47,522 nucleotides of DNA from a virus (IMGVR_UViG_3300020045_007912:1-47522); one strand, 5' to 3'; positions 29,796-41,322 are shown, counted from the stretch's first letter. Notes: a model not told the origin generated them from the sequence alone. Numbers and translations are program-made.

Positions 29796-30248
29796 ATGCC
29801 CACCACTCCCGAACTTCTCGCAACCATGCAAGCCTTACAGGCTAATTTGCGCAGTAAAATTGGGGATATAGTTCAATCAACTCACGAAGTCCCAGAAGAT
29901 TTTAATAGAGATCAGATGTCGAGGGGTTTAACAGCCAGTGGCACTAAAATAGCGCCACAATATCGGTCTGCGCCATATGCCCTAAAAAAATATCAAACAA
30001 ATTCTTTAGCGGGGTTTAAAACACCTGACCTTAAACTTACAGGTGCATTCTATCGAGGTATATTTTTTAGGGTGTCAGGATGGAATTATAAGTTCGGTAG
30101 CACCGATAGCAAAGCACCCGACCTTATATCAGATTATAAAGACATCATGGGCTTAACTGAAATTAATAAAGTAAAATATGTTCGAACAACTCTTTCGCCG
30201 AAGATCAACGCCTACATCACCCAAGTTACAGGATTACCAATGCGATAA
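29796..30248 (+). CDS. Neck/tail completion protein (putative)
   Basis: DLKLTGAFY motif; synteny. Confidence 0.55.
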   Translation: MPTTPELLATMQALQANLRSKIGDIVQSTHEVPEDFNRDQMSRGLTASGTKIAPQYRSAPYALKKYQTNSLAGFKTPDLKLTGAFYRGIFFRVSGWNYKFGSTDSKAPDLISDYKDIMGLTEINKVKYVRTTLSPKINAYITQVTGLPMR

Positions 30249-30744
30249 TTTAAAGCTGTCGGTTTTTATTAAGTGCCTGTTGGGGGATACCCCCGAGCAG
30301 CATGGCATAGGTAATTGGCAAGACCTTTACGCAGAGTACCTGGATATTTTAGGTGACGCAAAGGCTGCGCAAATAGTTTTTCTTGAGAGAGATATACAGG
30401 TTATCCGAACTAAGATAGCCCTAATAGAGTTAACCGCCTCATTACCTCAAGACGAGCGAACTAAGGCATATTTGCGCAAGTACGGTATCCAAACGCCAGA
30501 AAGGTTAAAGGCGGTCTGCAAATCGCTTAATATCGATGCCAAAAACAAAGAGGCGCAATTAGAACGAGAAACAGCCTCATCTGGCAAGGCTAAAATGACA
30601 GCCGCCGACTTTGAAAACAATTTAGTAGTTTTGGGTAAATTCAATAACGGTCTAAATACGGATGCTGAACAGATAACTGTTGCCCGTTATTATGCAATGG
30701 TTAAGACATTACAAGAAGAAAATGGCAGGAACAGGGGTAATTAG
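30178..30744 (+). CDS. Tail assembly chaperone (putative; start uncertain)
   Basis: Directly upstream of the tape measure gene. Confidence 0.55.
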   Translation: MFEQLFRRRSTPTSPKLQDYQCDNLKLSVFIKCLLGDTPEQHGIGNWQDLYAEYLDILGDAKAAQIVFLERDIQVIRTKIALIELTASLPQDERTKAYLRKYGIQTPERLKAVCKSLNIDAKNKEAQLERETASSGKAKMTAADFENNLVVLGKFNNGLNTDAEQITVARYYAMVKTLQEENGRNRGN

Positions 30745-33700
30745 CGAATTTGTTAGCGAAAAGGCTTTAAAACAGCTTGCCGATGCCGAGGCTGCGGTTT
30801 TAAAGCTTAATAATGCCTTAATGGATACTATTGATGGCGCAACAGCTGCAAGCAATACGTTGGCCGGTAGCCGTGGAGTAAGAGATTACAAAACTAACTC
30901 ACAGGCGCAGGCACGAGCATTAAATGATGTCGAAAAAGCATTGCAACGTCAACGTGCCGCCGAACAACAACTACAAAGAGAGCGTGATAGGTCAATCCAG
31001 CAACAAATACAACAACGCCGTCAACAAGAACAGGCAGAGGCAAGAGAAACGGCCGCCGCTGAACGACGTGCGGCACGTGAAGCAAGGGAAGCAGCAAGGG
31101 CAGAACAAAGAGCAGCGAGAGAAGCGGCCAATATAGCTAAGCAATCACAGGCTTATAAATTATTAGAAGCCGCTTACATAGAGGCTCAAAATGTAGCGCA
31201 AAATTACGGGGCGCAATTAGGTGTTAACTCACAGCAATTTATTAACACTTCAAGAACCGCTCAACAACTACGGGCGCAATTAGATGCCATTGATCAGCCA
31301 CTGGGAAACTATCGTCGTAACGTTGGTAATTACCGTTCGGCGTTCGATGGATTAGGTAATAGCATCAATCAGTTAACAAGGGAGTTGCCAGCCTTTGCGG
31401 TATCTGCACAGACGGGGATATTAGCGTTATCGAATAATATACCGATATTTTTTGACCAGATCGCAAGAACAAGAACAGAAGTAGCTGCTTTACGGGCAGA
31501 GGGTGTTGCTACACCAGGTGTTTTTTCTCGTTTAGTAAGTTCTTTGTTTTCGTGGGGTACAGCTTTATCACTAGGCGTAACTTTGCTCACTATATACGGT
31601 AAAGAAATAGGAAACTTTGTTAAATCTCTATTTCAGGGCAAAAAAGCACTTGATGAGTTTGCTACCGCCCAAAAAAATCTTAATGATTTTTACAAAACAT
31701 CAAACAGGGAAATAGCAGAACAAAAATCAAAACTTGACATTCTCTATAAAGCCGCTACCGACAATAATAATGCGCTAAAAGATAGGCGAGATGCGGTTGA
31801 TGAGTTGCAAAAGCAATTCCCGCAAACATTTAAGGATTTATCCGATGAGGCAATATTAACAGGTGGAGCAAAACGCGGTTACGATGAGTTATCTGCATCT
31901 ATAATTAATAACGCTCGTGCCAGAGCGGCTGCGACCAAGATAGCAGAGCAGGATGCAATAATACTTGATGCCGATATACAAAAGCAAAAGATAGAGATAG
32001 CCAATGCAAATGAAGTTTTTAGGGCTAACGAAAAAGCAAGGAAACAGCAAGAAGAGTTTGATAAAGACCCATCGAGGCGTAGAAGGGGCGGTGGTACAGA
32101 TGCATTTGCTCAATATAGAGACCCGCTTATCGCGCAAAGCAACGCAAGAGCAAAGGCGGCATTAGACCAACAAGATGCTCTTATTAAACAAGCGGAAGCA
32201 ACAAAGCGGGTTATTACATCTGTAATGGGCGGCAATAATGCGATAGCTAAGGGGCTGATAACTCCAGATACCAATAACACCGAAAAAGTAAAAAATGATC
32301 TATCTGATCTATTGGCGATCGCTAAAGACAATGAGCAGATGGTATTGGATAATGAGCAAACATCATACTCTGAAAGGTTAGCGGCCATTGATAAATACCA
32401 GTCAACCGCCAATAATCTGATAAATAGTTACCGTAAAAAAGACATTATCGATGCAAGCGAGGCAAGTAAATTATTGATAGGTGTTGAAACTGATACGGCA
32501 AAGCAACGGCAAGATCTTAGTAAACGGACTTTAGAGCAGTTCAAAAACGCATACTCCGAATATTACAACGGACTTGCACAAGACGAAAAAGAGTTTCTTG
32601 ATGCAGAAGCTAACAGGCAGACAGAACGGGCATTGCGTATTGATAATGAACAGGCAAACGAATTATCTGTTTTGGCTACATCATATGCAAGCGGCGAACT
32701 TGATAAAGAAAAATACGAAAAGAAAAAGACCGATATACAGATCAAGTATGCCCGGCAACGACTAAATAACGAAATAGATACCGCCGAGCAATTAGTTGCC
32801 ATACAACGCGCATACTTTGAAATGGGCGTTGGTAGCGAGGATGACCTTATCCGTGCTGAACAGGCTTTAGAGCGTCTTAAAATAAAGTTAAAAGAACTTA
32901 ATGCAGATGAAACCGAGGGTAGCGTAACTACTAAGGACCCAAAAGAACGCCTTAAAAACATCGAAGAGGCTATTCGCGCCGTGACTGATTTTGAAGCCGC
33001 TGCTGTAAATACGATAAATGGGCTATATGAAAGGCAAATACAGTCATTAGAGCGACGTAAAAAAGCCCTGCAAGACACGGCAAATGAAGAAATAGCCGCC
33101 GTCAATCGTACTTTAGATAGCCAAACTAATAAACAGGCTAAGATAGAGCTGATAAATGCACAATCAGCGTCTAAACAGGCGGCTTTAGAAAAGCAGATAG
33201 CCCAACGGCGCAGGCAACAGGCTGTAATAGAAAAGGCCGCTAACGCAGCCCAAATATTACAGAATACTTATGTAGCTGTAACAAAAACCTATGCAACAGC
33301 GGGTTTCTTTGGGGGCTTGTTCGGAGCAATAGCAATGGCTGGTATTGGTGCGGCTCAATTGGCGGCATTATTAGCCGTTCCTATCCCCGAATATCATACA
33401 GGCGTTGATAGTCACAAAGGGGGATTAGCGATCGTTGGTGACAGATACGGTAAAGAGTTGGCTAAACTACCTAACGGGTCACTTTGGGAAACGCCAGGGA
33501 CTTCTACTTTGGTTGACTTGCCGCGCGGTACGCAGATCTTCAATAACAAAGAGTACATGCAGATGCTTGCGAAGCCAGAGCCGCTTAATATTCAGGTTAG
33601 AGGAAAGCAGGACAACGGGGATATTGTTAGGGCAACCAAAGAGTTAGGTGATAAAATGGTCGGAGCGTTCCGTACACGGACAGCCCAACATCAACCAGTT

Positions 33701-33745
33701 CGCTCGAATAAGTGGAATAACATTTACAACGGAATGAAGAAATGA
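30722..33745 (+). CDS. Tape measure protein
   Basis: ~1000 aa Ala/Gln/Glu-rich helical protein; RNVGNY; C-terminal YHTG..HKGGLAIVGD. Confidence 0.92.
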   Translation: MAGTGVISEFVSEKALKQLADAEAAVLKLNNALMDTIDGATAASNTLAGSRGVRDYKTNSQAQARALNDVEKALQRQRAAEQQLQRERDRSIQQQIQQRRQQEQAEARETAAAERRAAREAREAARAEQRAAREAANIAKQSQAYKLLEAAYIEAQNVAQNYGAQLGVNSQQFINTSRTAQQLRAQLDAIDQPLGNYRRNVGNYRSAFDGLGNSINQLTRELPAFAVSAQTGILALSNNIPIFFDQIARTRTEVAALRAEGVATPGVFSRLVSSLFSWGTALSLGVTLLTIYGKEIGNFVKSLFQGKKALDEFATAQKNLNDFYKTSNREIAEQKSKLDILYKAATDNNNALKDRRDAVDELQKQFPQTFKDLSDEAILTGGAKRGYDELSASIINNARARAAATKIAEQDAIILDADIQKQKIEIANANEVFRANEKARKQQEEFDKDPSRRRRGGGTDAFAQYRDPLIAQSNARAKAALDQQDALIKQAEATKRVITSVMGGNNAIAKGLITPDTNNTEKVKNDLSDLLAIAKDNEQMVLDNEQTSYSERLAAIDKYQSTANNLINSYRKKDIIDASEASKLLIGVETDTAKQRQDLSKRTLEQFKNAYSEYYNGLAQDEKEFLDAEANRQTERALRIDNEQANELSVLATSYASGELDKEKYEKKKTDIQIKYARQRLNNEIDTAEQLVAIQRAYFEMGVGSEDDLIRAEQALERLKIKLKELNADETEGSVTTKDPKERLKNIEEAIRAVTDFEAAAVNTINGLYERQIQSLERRKKALQDTANEEIAAVNRTLDSQTNKQAKIELINAQSASKQAALEKQIAQRRRQQAVIEKAANAAQILQNTYVAVTKTYATAGFFGGLFGAIAMAGIGAAQLAALLAVPIPEYHTGVDSHKGGLAIVGDRYGKELAKLPNGSLWETPGTSTLVDLPRGTQIFNNKEYMQMLAKPEPLNIQVRGKQDNGDIVRATKELGDKMVGAFRTRTAQHQPVRSNKWNNIYNGMKK

Positions 33746-35754
33746 TACAACCTCCGCAATTCAGATATACACTAACGGTTGACCAAACCTTACCTACCGT
33801 TCTCAAAATAGCACCGAAAGGATGGGATAAGCATATCATTAAACACATTCGTAATGAAAAGTATTACGGTGTTTTTAGAGGGCTTACTGCGCCCATGGAG
33901 TTCGTTAATCAAGGTCGCGCTATTATTGTTGAGCAGTGGAGAAAAAAAGGCACAAAAGCCGATGTGCAGCTAACAATCGACGAATTTAACGATGATTGGT
34001 CATATAGCCCTGTATTTTCTGGACCGTTAGACTTTAGTACGATATCCGAAAACGATAACGCCTGTACTATAATGGCACTAGACGGCGACATAGCTCAAAA
34101 AGTAAAAGCCAAAGAGAGCGTAATGTTTGAAATACCGCTATCGGGCGATGCTGTTCGTAACATTCAGATCCCGTCCTTGCGGCTAATGGAAACCGCTACA
34201 ATGATTTTTGGAACGGATACCGAAGTTTCGGCTAATTATTTTCCGCAGATAAATGTTGTTTCGGTAGAGGCGGCAAGCACAGAGGGTAGCGTACAGCAGG
34301 TAAATAGGTTTGAGGAAATAGACCCAAATTTTGGCGATAATGATAAATGGTGGTACAGAGCGGTAGCAGACACCAAGATAACTATACAGGGAATTTTAAG
34401 ATTAGCAATATCTCCAGGCGCAAGTGGTAGAAGCAGGGATGTTTCATTATACGACCAAACAGGGACAAAATTATACACTGCTTTTAGTTCATCAACGATA
34501 AATGGGGAAGTTACGATCGAAATAGATGCATCTATAGATGTTTTAGCAGGATCGGTACTATATTGGTATTTCAGTAACACCTCTGGGACAGGCGCATCGG
34601 CATTTATGGGCGTTCTTGACGGTAGTTTCACTGCCAAATACTTTACACAAAGCCCGTCAACAACTTGCAAGATGGTAAGTGCCTACTATGTTTTTGGCGA
34701 GTTAATGAAGCGAATTTGCGGAGATGTTAATTTCAACTCTTTTTTACTTGGTGTAACATGGCGAACATTATACCTTTCTTGCGGGGATGCTCTAAGGCAG
34801 CTAGAAACCAAAGAAACGGCTGATGGTGACGGAAATATCACAGTTACACCCGCTATTCCTGCCATAAAAACAAGTTTTGATCTGTTTTTCAAAGCTATAA
34901 ACAGCATTTGCGGGGCTGGTTTCGGTACTGGGGGCGGAATTACACCCACTTTAGAGCGGAAAGAGTATTTCTTTGTTAGGCAGGCGCAATCAGCCACTAT
35001 AAAGCGTACTAAAAATGTTGAGTTTGAGCAGTTGACGCAGTACATGTACAACTCTATCAAAGGGGGTTATATTAAACAGACCTATGATAAGACGAATGGC
35101 AGGGATGAATTCAATAGCGAAGTGTTTTGGAATACCCCGATTGATGTTAGCAATGAGGGGCAACCAAAAGAATATGATATTCAATGCCCTTACCGCGCTG
35201 ACATGTACGGCATAGAGTTTACGCGGATAAACCTGGCAGATAAAAAAACAGTAGATGCAGATAGTGATAACGAAACATTTGTTTTCGTTTTAACGTCCGA
35301 CCTTTCCGCTATCGAACAAGCCCCGTCATATTACAGCGGAACGTTAGCGGCTGGCACAATGTATAATTGGCGGATAAGCCCAGCGCGGAACTTGCGTAGG
35401 CATGGTTCTTGGTTGCGTAGTTCGATGTACGGACTTGATGCGTACAAAATAACTTTTGCAAGTGCTGACAAAAACGCCGATCTGTTTACAATTGATGAAA
35501 ATGGTGTTGCTGTAAAAGAAAATGATGATATTTCGATAGCTAATTTAGGTCAACCGATATTTATACCAATAAAGGCTACCTTTCAATGTGACTACCATAC
35601 GCTTGAGTACCTCGATGCTATACCTAATGGGTATCTACTATTCCCGAGACGAAATAAGTCATACAAAGGCTTTATAATGGATGCTGGTGTTGATATATCG
35701 CGCAGGTCTGCGCAGGAATATAGTTTAATTTTGACAGCGGATAATATTTTGTAA
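33742..35754 (+). CDS. Tail tip/hub protein
   Basis: Follows TMP; 670 aa, beta-rich. Confidence 0.75.
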   Translation: MIQPPQFRYTLTVDQTLPTVLKIAPKGWDKHIIKHIRNEKYYGVFRGLTAPMEFVNQGRAIIVEQWRKKGTKADVQLTIDEFNDDWSYSPVFSGPLDFSTISENDNACTIMALDGDIAQKVKAKESVMFEIPLSGDAVRNIQIPSLRLMETATMIFGTDTEVSANYFPQINVVSVEAASTEGSVQQVNRFEEIDPNFGDNDKWWYRAVADTKITIQGILRLAISPGASGRSRDVSLYDQTGTKLYTAFSSSTINGEVTIEIDASIDVLAGSVLYWYFSNTSGTGASAFMGVLDGSFTAKYFTQSPSTTCKMVSAYYVFGELMKRICGDVNFNSFLLGVTWRTLYLSCGDALRQLETKETADGDGNITVTPAIPAIKTSFDLFFKAINSICGAGFGTGGGITPTLERKEYFFVRQAQSATIKRTKNVEFEQLTQYMYNSIKGGYIKQTYDKTNGRDEFNSEVFWNTPIDVSNEGQPKEYDIQCPYRADMYGIEFTRINLADKKTVDADSDNETFVFVLTSDLSAIEQAPSYYSGTLAAGTMYNWRISPARNLRRHGSWLRSSMYGLDAYKITFASADKNADLFTIDENGVAVKENDDISIANLGQPIFIPIKATFQCDYHTLEYLDAIPNGYLLFPRRNKSYKGFIMDAGVDISRRSAQEYSLILTADNIL

Positions 35755-35767
35755 ATTTATACCCAAC

Positions 35768-37459
35768 ATGGCAATAGATATAACGAACGGGAATAAGTCT
35801 TTAAAAATATCCGACGCTAACCCGTTCAGGTTTGTTGAATTGCTAACACCCGATGTTCGGTACAAAAGTAAGCCTTTTGATAAAGACTATTCTTCGTGCT
35901 ATAAACAGCCTGTTATCCGTGACGATGAAAATGTATTTCAAGTTTTGTCGGATTGGGAATTTACTGTTACTGTTTTCTTTGCCTATACAGGTATCGTAAA
36001 GCAGACCTATACGCCAATAGACAAAGGGGCGATACTAGTCGGGTACACTATGCGCGTTTACGATGTGCCGATGGATTTTGCTGATTATGACGATGATCTA
36101 TATTACATCAAGATCGAGTTTAACGACGATACGCAAGACCGCATATTGGATAGCGAACCATTCATTATTGGCGAGCATCTTGATACGGTTTTGTTTGAGT
36201 ACACCAATAGCCGAAACGCATTTGGGTTAATATTTAAATCAGATACATTTACTCCATCTATTCGCGCATATGTTTCTATCCTGAATTATCAACCCGATTT
36301 TGTTGATGCTAATTTTATAGATCAGGGACAAGATGTAACGTTGTTAGATAGCGAACCGTTTCGTAAATTTGATCTGAACGTGTTAATGGCCGCTGACTGG
36401 ATGGTTGAAAAGTTCAACTTTGTTTTGGCTTGTGATCAATGGTCTGCTGATGGTGAATTTTATCAGAAAGATGAGGGGGCTAAATGGGAAATACAGAGGG
36501 CAGAACCTGAAAAGGGGAACTTAACAAAGGTCGTTAATGCTAAAATAGTTATTAGGCCGGCCGATAACGCGGATAATATCGACTATGAGATAACGGATAA
36601 TGAAGCAACCGGGGATGAAATTTATGATAGACGTAAAACCATGAAATATGATAACAACGGCATAGATCTGGTTATCCCAGGTATTTTTAAAGACAAGATT
36701 GTCTTAGAATGGATACTCATAGAGCAGAACGGAACGCCAGAAGAAATTACACTAAAGATAGGCACGTCTTTAGATGGGGATGATATTTACGAAGATGTTG
36801 TATTTAGTGACCGAAAAAAGCTTATCCGAATAGACTATCCGTTTGATAGTATAGAAACGTTATACATCACAGGGCTTGCGGGACACAACACCGATGTTCG
36901 CGTAGTTTACTATGATCAAGACGCCGCCCCGCTTAACCCTGTTGGGTTTGCTACTTTGGGCGTTCCTATTGGGATGACCGCTGAATATAATTTTGTTGAT
37001 CAACCTACTTTTGAGTTAGACTTTGACTTAGATACTGGATATGGACGAGAGGCGCGGGAGTTTGTTGATTACAGGATTAATCTTGATGCTGCGGGTAGGT
37101 TTAAAATATCTTACGATGGTGTTACTTATTTAGCGACAACAACGCCAGGCGGGTCGGCTACCATTGTATTGGCGATGACTAATTTACCTAACGAGGGTAT
37201 TCAGGTGTTTGCAGCACACGGTAATAATGCATCTGGAGACCCGCCGACAACTACAAGTCATATCGCAAGGGTTAGAAATGATAGCCAGCCTTTAAAGTAT
37301 GAAATCAATAAAGCGCCGGACAATCCAGCATCATTCAATGAAGTTCCTAATACTTGGTATGGCAAAACAAAACCACTTGGTGCTGGAACGCCTATAAATA
37401 GCTTACCGCCGTGGCGTGTTGCGGTTTACATAACAAGGTATCAACGTACAACAAATTAA
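35768..37459 (+). CDS. Tail/baseplate protein with collar-like C-terminus
   Basis: GG...IVL..NLP ... PINSLPPW.V.VYI pattern. Confidence 0.7.
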   Translation: MAIDITNGNKSLKISDANPFRFVELLTPDVRYKSKPFDKDYSSCYKQPVIRDDENVFQVLSDWEFTVTVFFAYTGIVKQTYTPIDKGAILVGYTMRVYDVPMDFADYDDDLYYIKIEFNDDTQDRILDSEPFIIGEHLDTVLFEYTNSRNAFGLIFKSDTFTPSIRAYVSILNYQPDFVDANFIDQGQDVTLLDSEPFRKFDLNVLMAADWMVEKFNFVLACDQWSADGEFYQKDEGAKWEIQRAEPEKGNLTKVVNAKIVIRPADNADNIDYEITDNEATGDEIYDRRKTMKYDNNGIDLVIPGIFKDKIVLEWILIEQNGTPEEITLKIGTSLDGDDIYEDVVFSDRKKLIRIDYPFDSIETLYITGLAGHNTDVRVVYYDQDAAPLNPVGFATLGVPIGMTAEYNFVDQPTFELDFDLDTGYGREAREFVDYRINLDAAGRFKISYDGVTYLATTTPGGSATIVLAMTNLPNEGIQVFAAHGNNASGDPPTTTSHIARVRNDSQPLKYEINKAPDNPASFNEVPNTWYGKTKPLGAGTPINSLPPWRVAVYITRYQRTTN

Positions 37460-37463
37460 GACA

Positions 37464-37865
37464 ATGGCAGGGAACGTATATAATGACATGCAAGCAAAAG
37501 GGCTAAAGGTAGTCCACATATCGCCAGCTATTGCAGGAGAGCGAACCCCTGTTACCCAAAACATGGGCTATGACGATGATAGAACGTTGACCGATATTGC
37601 TGATAGGGACTGGGTAACTAAGGGGATGATAAATAGCGTTATACCCGACGTTGTTGATCCTGTTGTTGTGCCGGTTACTGCACCATCAAGTTCTTTTGAA
37701 TATGATAGCGGAGTAATAGGGAGCATACCCCCTAAAATGGGGATTTATTTGGTTATTGATGGCGTTTACCAAGAGTTCTCAAAACCTTATTGGAATGGCG
37801 CAACTGGTATTATCACTACTGACGTTGATGCATCAGCCGATGATTACGTTTTGGTGGTGGGGTAG
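37464..37865 (+). CDS. Hypothetical tail-associated protein
   Basis: Last gene of the rightward tail run. Confidence 0.6.
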   Translation: MAGNVYNDMQAKGLKVVHISPAIAGERTPVTQNMGYDDDRTLTDIADRDWVTKGMINSVIPDVVDPVVVPVTAPSSSFEYDSGVIGSIPPKMGIYLVIDGVYQEFSKPYWNGATGIITTDVDASADDYVLVVG

Positions 37866-38493
37866 GGTTTAACCACCCAATACCCAATAACGCTAGGGTA
37901 AACGATATGATACCTATATCCATCTGGTGTGTAAACTCTATATGGATCAAAGTTTTGTAACACCTCTATTCTGTCGCCTTGTTTCATAGGTTATCTGATT
38001 TTAAGTTTGTTTTTAAACCGCTCATAGATATATTTAGATAATTCTTTTGGTGGGGTATACCTTAGAATAGGAAGTGATATTTTCATATAAAACCTACGCT
38101 TATATTTTTGCCTGTTAAGCGTATAGTCAATTACAAATGTCTTTTTGTTGTTTCTGAAATCTTCGCCATCATAAGCCATAAATGGCTCAAATGTTACTAT
38201 TTTTCTCTTTTGTTTTTTCATCTCTATTTATTTAACTCGTTAATGAGGGCATCGGCTAAACGTAAACCTTCTGACGCAAATTCAGAATAAGGCCATCCGT
38301 GAGCCTCGTTACGTGAGGCCGAACCGGTATAAATACCTGTTACTATGGATTTGGTAAATTCTATAGCCATTAGTTCACGCTTGGTAAGTCCGTTACCAAC
38401 TATATTATATAAGTTATCGGTAGAATTATCGTTATTTTCTGTCTTTACAATACTTTGATTTACTAAATCTTCTCCGTTCGTTTTCATCCTGTT

Positions 38494-38889
38494 TTATTGG
38501 TTAAGTAAGTGGGGGTGTTGGTGGATGTTGCCTAAAATCTCAAATTGTGAATATTCAGCGGTTCTATACCATCTATTAGGCGAAACTTCTACTACCCAAC
38601 ACGATTTTGGCATTTTTATTACTCCCGTATGGATTTGCGCTTGACTTCTCTTAGTTACTCTTACCACATCCCCCTCATATATCTCAACGCCGTTACGGTC
38701 GGTTAAGCCGGTGAATTGGCTAACTGATTTTTCATCAACCTCAATAAAGACATTATCAAAAGCAAATCGGTAGTCATCTTCGTAAGCTTTATAAACAATA
38801 TATGTAGCGGTATCGCCTTTTACTAATGAGCCATACACCCAGTTGCAAAGCCCAATTGAATAACCTCTAAACTTTATTTCTCTTTCCAT
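38494..38889 (-). CDS. YopX family protein
   Basis: MEREIKFRG...QFTGLTDRNGVEIYEGD...ILGNIH. Confidence 0.92.
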   Translation of the reverse strand: MEREIKFRGYSIGLCNWVYGSLVKGDTATYIVYKAYEDDYRFAFDNVFIEVDEKSVSQFTGLTDRNGVEIYEGDVVRVTKRSQAQIHTGVIKMPKSCWVVEVSPNRWYRTAEYSQFEILGNIHQHPHLLNQ

Positions 38890-40673
38890 ATCAACTCCTT
38901 TTTAACCGCCAAATGCGGGTATTACCCCGCTCACTTAGCTACACCAACCGTTCGCCTTGCGCTTGCGGGTGGTCAACAAACCCTATTATGAATTAAACTC
39001 AATCTCGGCTTGCAGAACTTCTAAATCTGCAACAAGTTTTCTTACTTGAGCGCATGCAAGAGACTTTTTGTCTTGTCTTATATTTTCGCTTATATGCGCC
39101 GCCAACTCTATCAACCTATTAAACCCATCCTGTATTTCATCTTTCATAATCATTTATATCTGAATTAATTTTTTTGCTTTTTTCTGAACACATATCCTTG
39201 TCCGAGTGGTAAAATATAGTCTCGTTATATCCATCTTCCCACTCATCGATCATCCCATTATATCCACCTTTATGCTTAGCCACTTCCTTATCGTACAACT
39301 CGCCTTTTTCTATTAGCCCAAGGCAGCAGATACATGGCTTTGACTTACGTGCTTTTATCAGTTTTGTTTTCATGTAATGACCCGTACCTTACTATTTTTT
39401 TTAATACCCCTTTGATAAAGCCCCGTCCCTCTCGCAGTTCGGGGGCTTTGACCTATTTCCCTTCATCAAACTTAGTCTTAACCTTAAAATGAAACAGTAT
39501 AAGCATAACCGTAAAATCGTCGTACATTTCAACCAAGTACTTGTAAGTATGCGTCATTTTAGACCTTGTTTTATTGCTCTCGTCTATAATTTCGAACACA
39601 ACATGTCCAGAAACTCCTATTTGTTCAAGTATTGACTTCCTGGCAAATATCCTGTCACCGCCTAAGATATTGTAGGGGTTTATCCTATCTCGCGTATCCC
39701 TGCGATGACCGTTTATCTCATCTTCTAAAAAGTAAGCTGATGCAAACTCTTGAAGGCTATTTTCTTTTACAAGGAATTGTTTTGTTTCCATAATTACTAT
39801 TGCTTTATACCACCAAATCCCCGCGTGTCGGAACAGGCGAGGCTTTGGGTCGATCTACTAATACATTGGTGAATTAACTAACGCATATTCCCTCCTTTTT
39901 TGCGCGGTTTTTCCATGCCGCTTTTGTTACTTCAATTATAATAGAACTGTTATGCACCGCAAAACCCCATCAGCCGAACTGTATGGGGTAGCGAACTGGG
40001 TAACCTACCAGTGGGGGGCGTTCCGCAATGTATACGCACAACCTAAATTTTTACCTCAACCCAGCATACTTATCAGCAAGGGCTAGTAGGGTAATGGCTA
40101 CCTATAATAGCTCCCGATTGATTGTCATTGTTAAGATCAATAACGCCCGTTCCGCTTAGTTGCGATATACCACCAAAATAAGGATTTAAGATTGGAGCAG
40201 CACAGCCACATATTCAGATTGGCTTTGGCTCACTCAAAAACTCTTCGTAATCTTTCTTAAACCTATTTACGGTATCAAACCAAACATCGTAAGTCTTAAC
40301 CTTTATATCATTACTAAGCCTATTCTCACTTAGCTGATACATGCAAGCCAATATAGATGCCGCCTCTTCTAATAGTTGTTTTTCCGTTTTCATAAGTAAT
40401 AATCCTCCACGCTAAAAACTTCGTCTTTGTTTTTGTTGGCTTTGATAGCCCTTTCTTTTGCCTCAACTTCATTTTTGGCAACTACATGCAATGTACTTCC
40501 GTCATCATATGTTAATAAATACTCTTTCATTTTACCTGTTATTATTTTGGTTAATATTGTCTTGCCCATCAGCCCAACGAAAATCCCCAAAATCTTCAAT
40601 TAAGGCTATTAACTCTTTTTCTGATAGTTTGCCTATTTGGCTCACTATAAACTCTGCTGTTATTTTTTCCATA

Positions 40674-40853
40674 TTACTTTTCCTCCTCTTTAAAACCGCC
40701 GTTCCCGTTCGGTATTGGTGTGAAATGTTCAATTGCGGCAGATACAAAAGCGGATTTTTTACCCTTTGGTATCGTATCCAGTTTTTTAGCCGCTTTATCA
40801 GTAAGCGTGTAAAACTTACGTTCTGCTTTTATATCCTTAGCTGGCCTACCCAT
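40674..40853 (-). CDS. Ribbon-helix-helix DNA-binding protein, 59 aa (not in track)
   Basis: MGRPAKDIKAERKFYTLTDKAAKKLDTIPKGKKSAFVSAAIEHF... Confidence 0.65.
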   Translation of the reverse strand: MGRPAKDIKAERKFYTLTDKAAKKLDTIPKGKKSAFVSAAIEHFTPIPNGNGGFKEEEK

Positions 40854-40854
40854 T

Positions 40855-41322
40855 TTATACAGGTTTGTATTTAGGCCAAAGATCTTTAAGCGTGGTTACC
40901 TTTAGCTTTTGTGTTAGCGAACTTATTTCAGACTGTTTAGCTTTTATTTCTAAATTTAAAGCATCAATAGCAAGTTTTATGGCATCATTATCTTTTTCAA
41001 CAAGCATATATCTATCAAGTTGATAGTCTGAAATTTGCTCTTTTTTACCGTCTGCCTTTTCTAAAATAAATCTACCATCTTTTCTGATGCCGATTATTTT
41101 ACCATCGCTATCGCTATCGACACAACCATAACCATTAGGTGTTTTGGCAACTAAAAAAGGGACAAACTCTGAATTATCCTTAATCCATGAATCTATAAAT
41201 GCTTTTAATGCCGAATACGATTTTTTTATAGACCGACTATCGTCTATATCACAAACAAACGTTTCGCTATCGGTATCAAACCTTATTTCGTGTCCCCTGT
41301 AATTATCTATTTCTGTTATCAT
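40855..41322 (-). CDS. Hypothetical protein, paralog of 8652-9119
   Basis: Shared N-terminal block; ATG 41322. Confidence 0.8.
   Translation of the reverse strand: MITEIDNYRGHEIRFDTDSETFVCDIDDSRSIKKSYSALKAFIDSWIKDNSEFVPFLVAKTPNGYGCVDSDSDGKIIGIRKDGRFILEKADGKKEQISDYQLDRYMLVEKDNDAIKLAIDALNLEIKAKQSEISSLTQKLKVTTLKDLWPKYKPV

Larger units (their letters stand above)
37870..41322 (-). other. Leftward accessory operon 2 inserted in the tail module
   Basis: ORFs 37991-38221, 38224-38487, 38494-38889, 38986-39147, 39137-39373, 39453-39791, 40214-40393, 40390-40530, 40532-40672, 40674-40853, 40855-41322. Confidence 0.85.

Noticed and set aside
32563-33105. Antisense and alternative-frame ORFs over structural genes (also 299-718, 25608-25985, 34236-35060 etc.)
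   Set aside because: Shadow frames of well-supported genes, with no motifs or initiation context.
39792-40212. tRNA or hammerhead ribozyme
   Set aside because: No cloverleaf with a proper T-loop and no CUGANGA/GAAA core found by eye.
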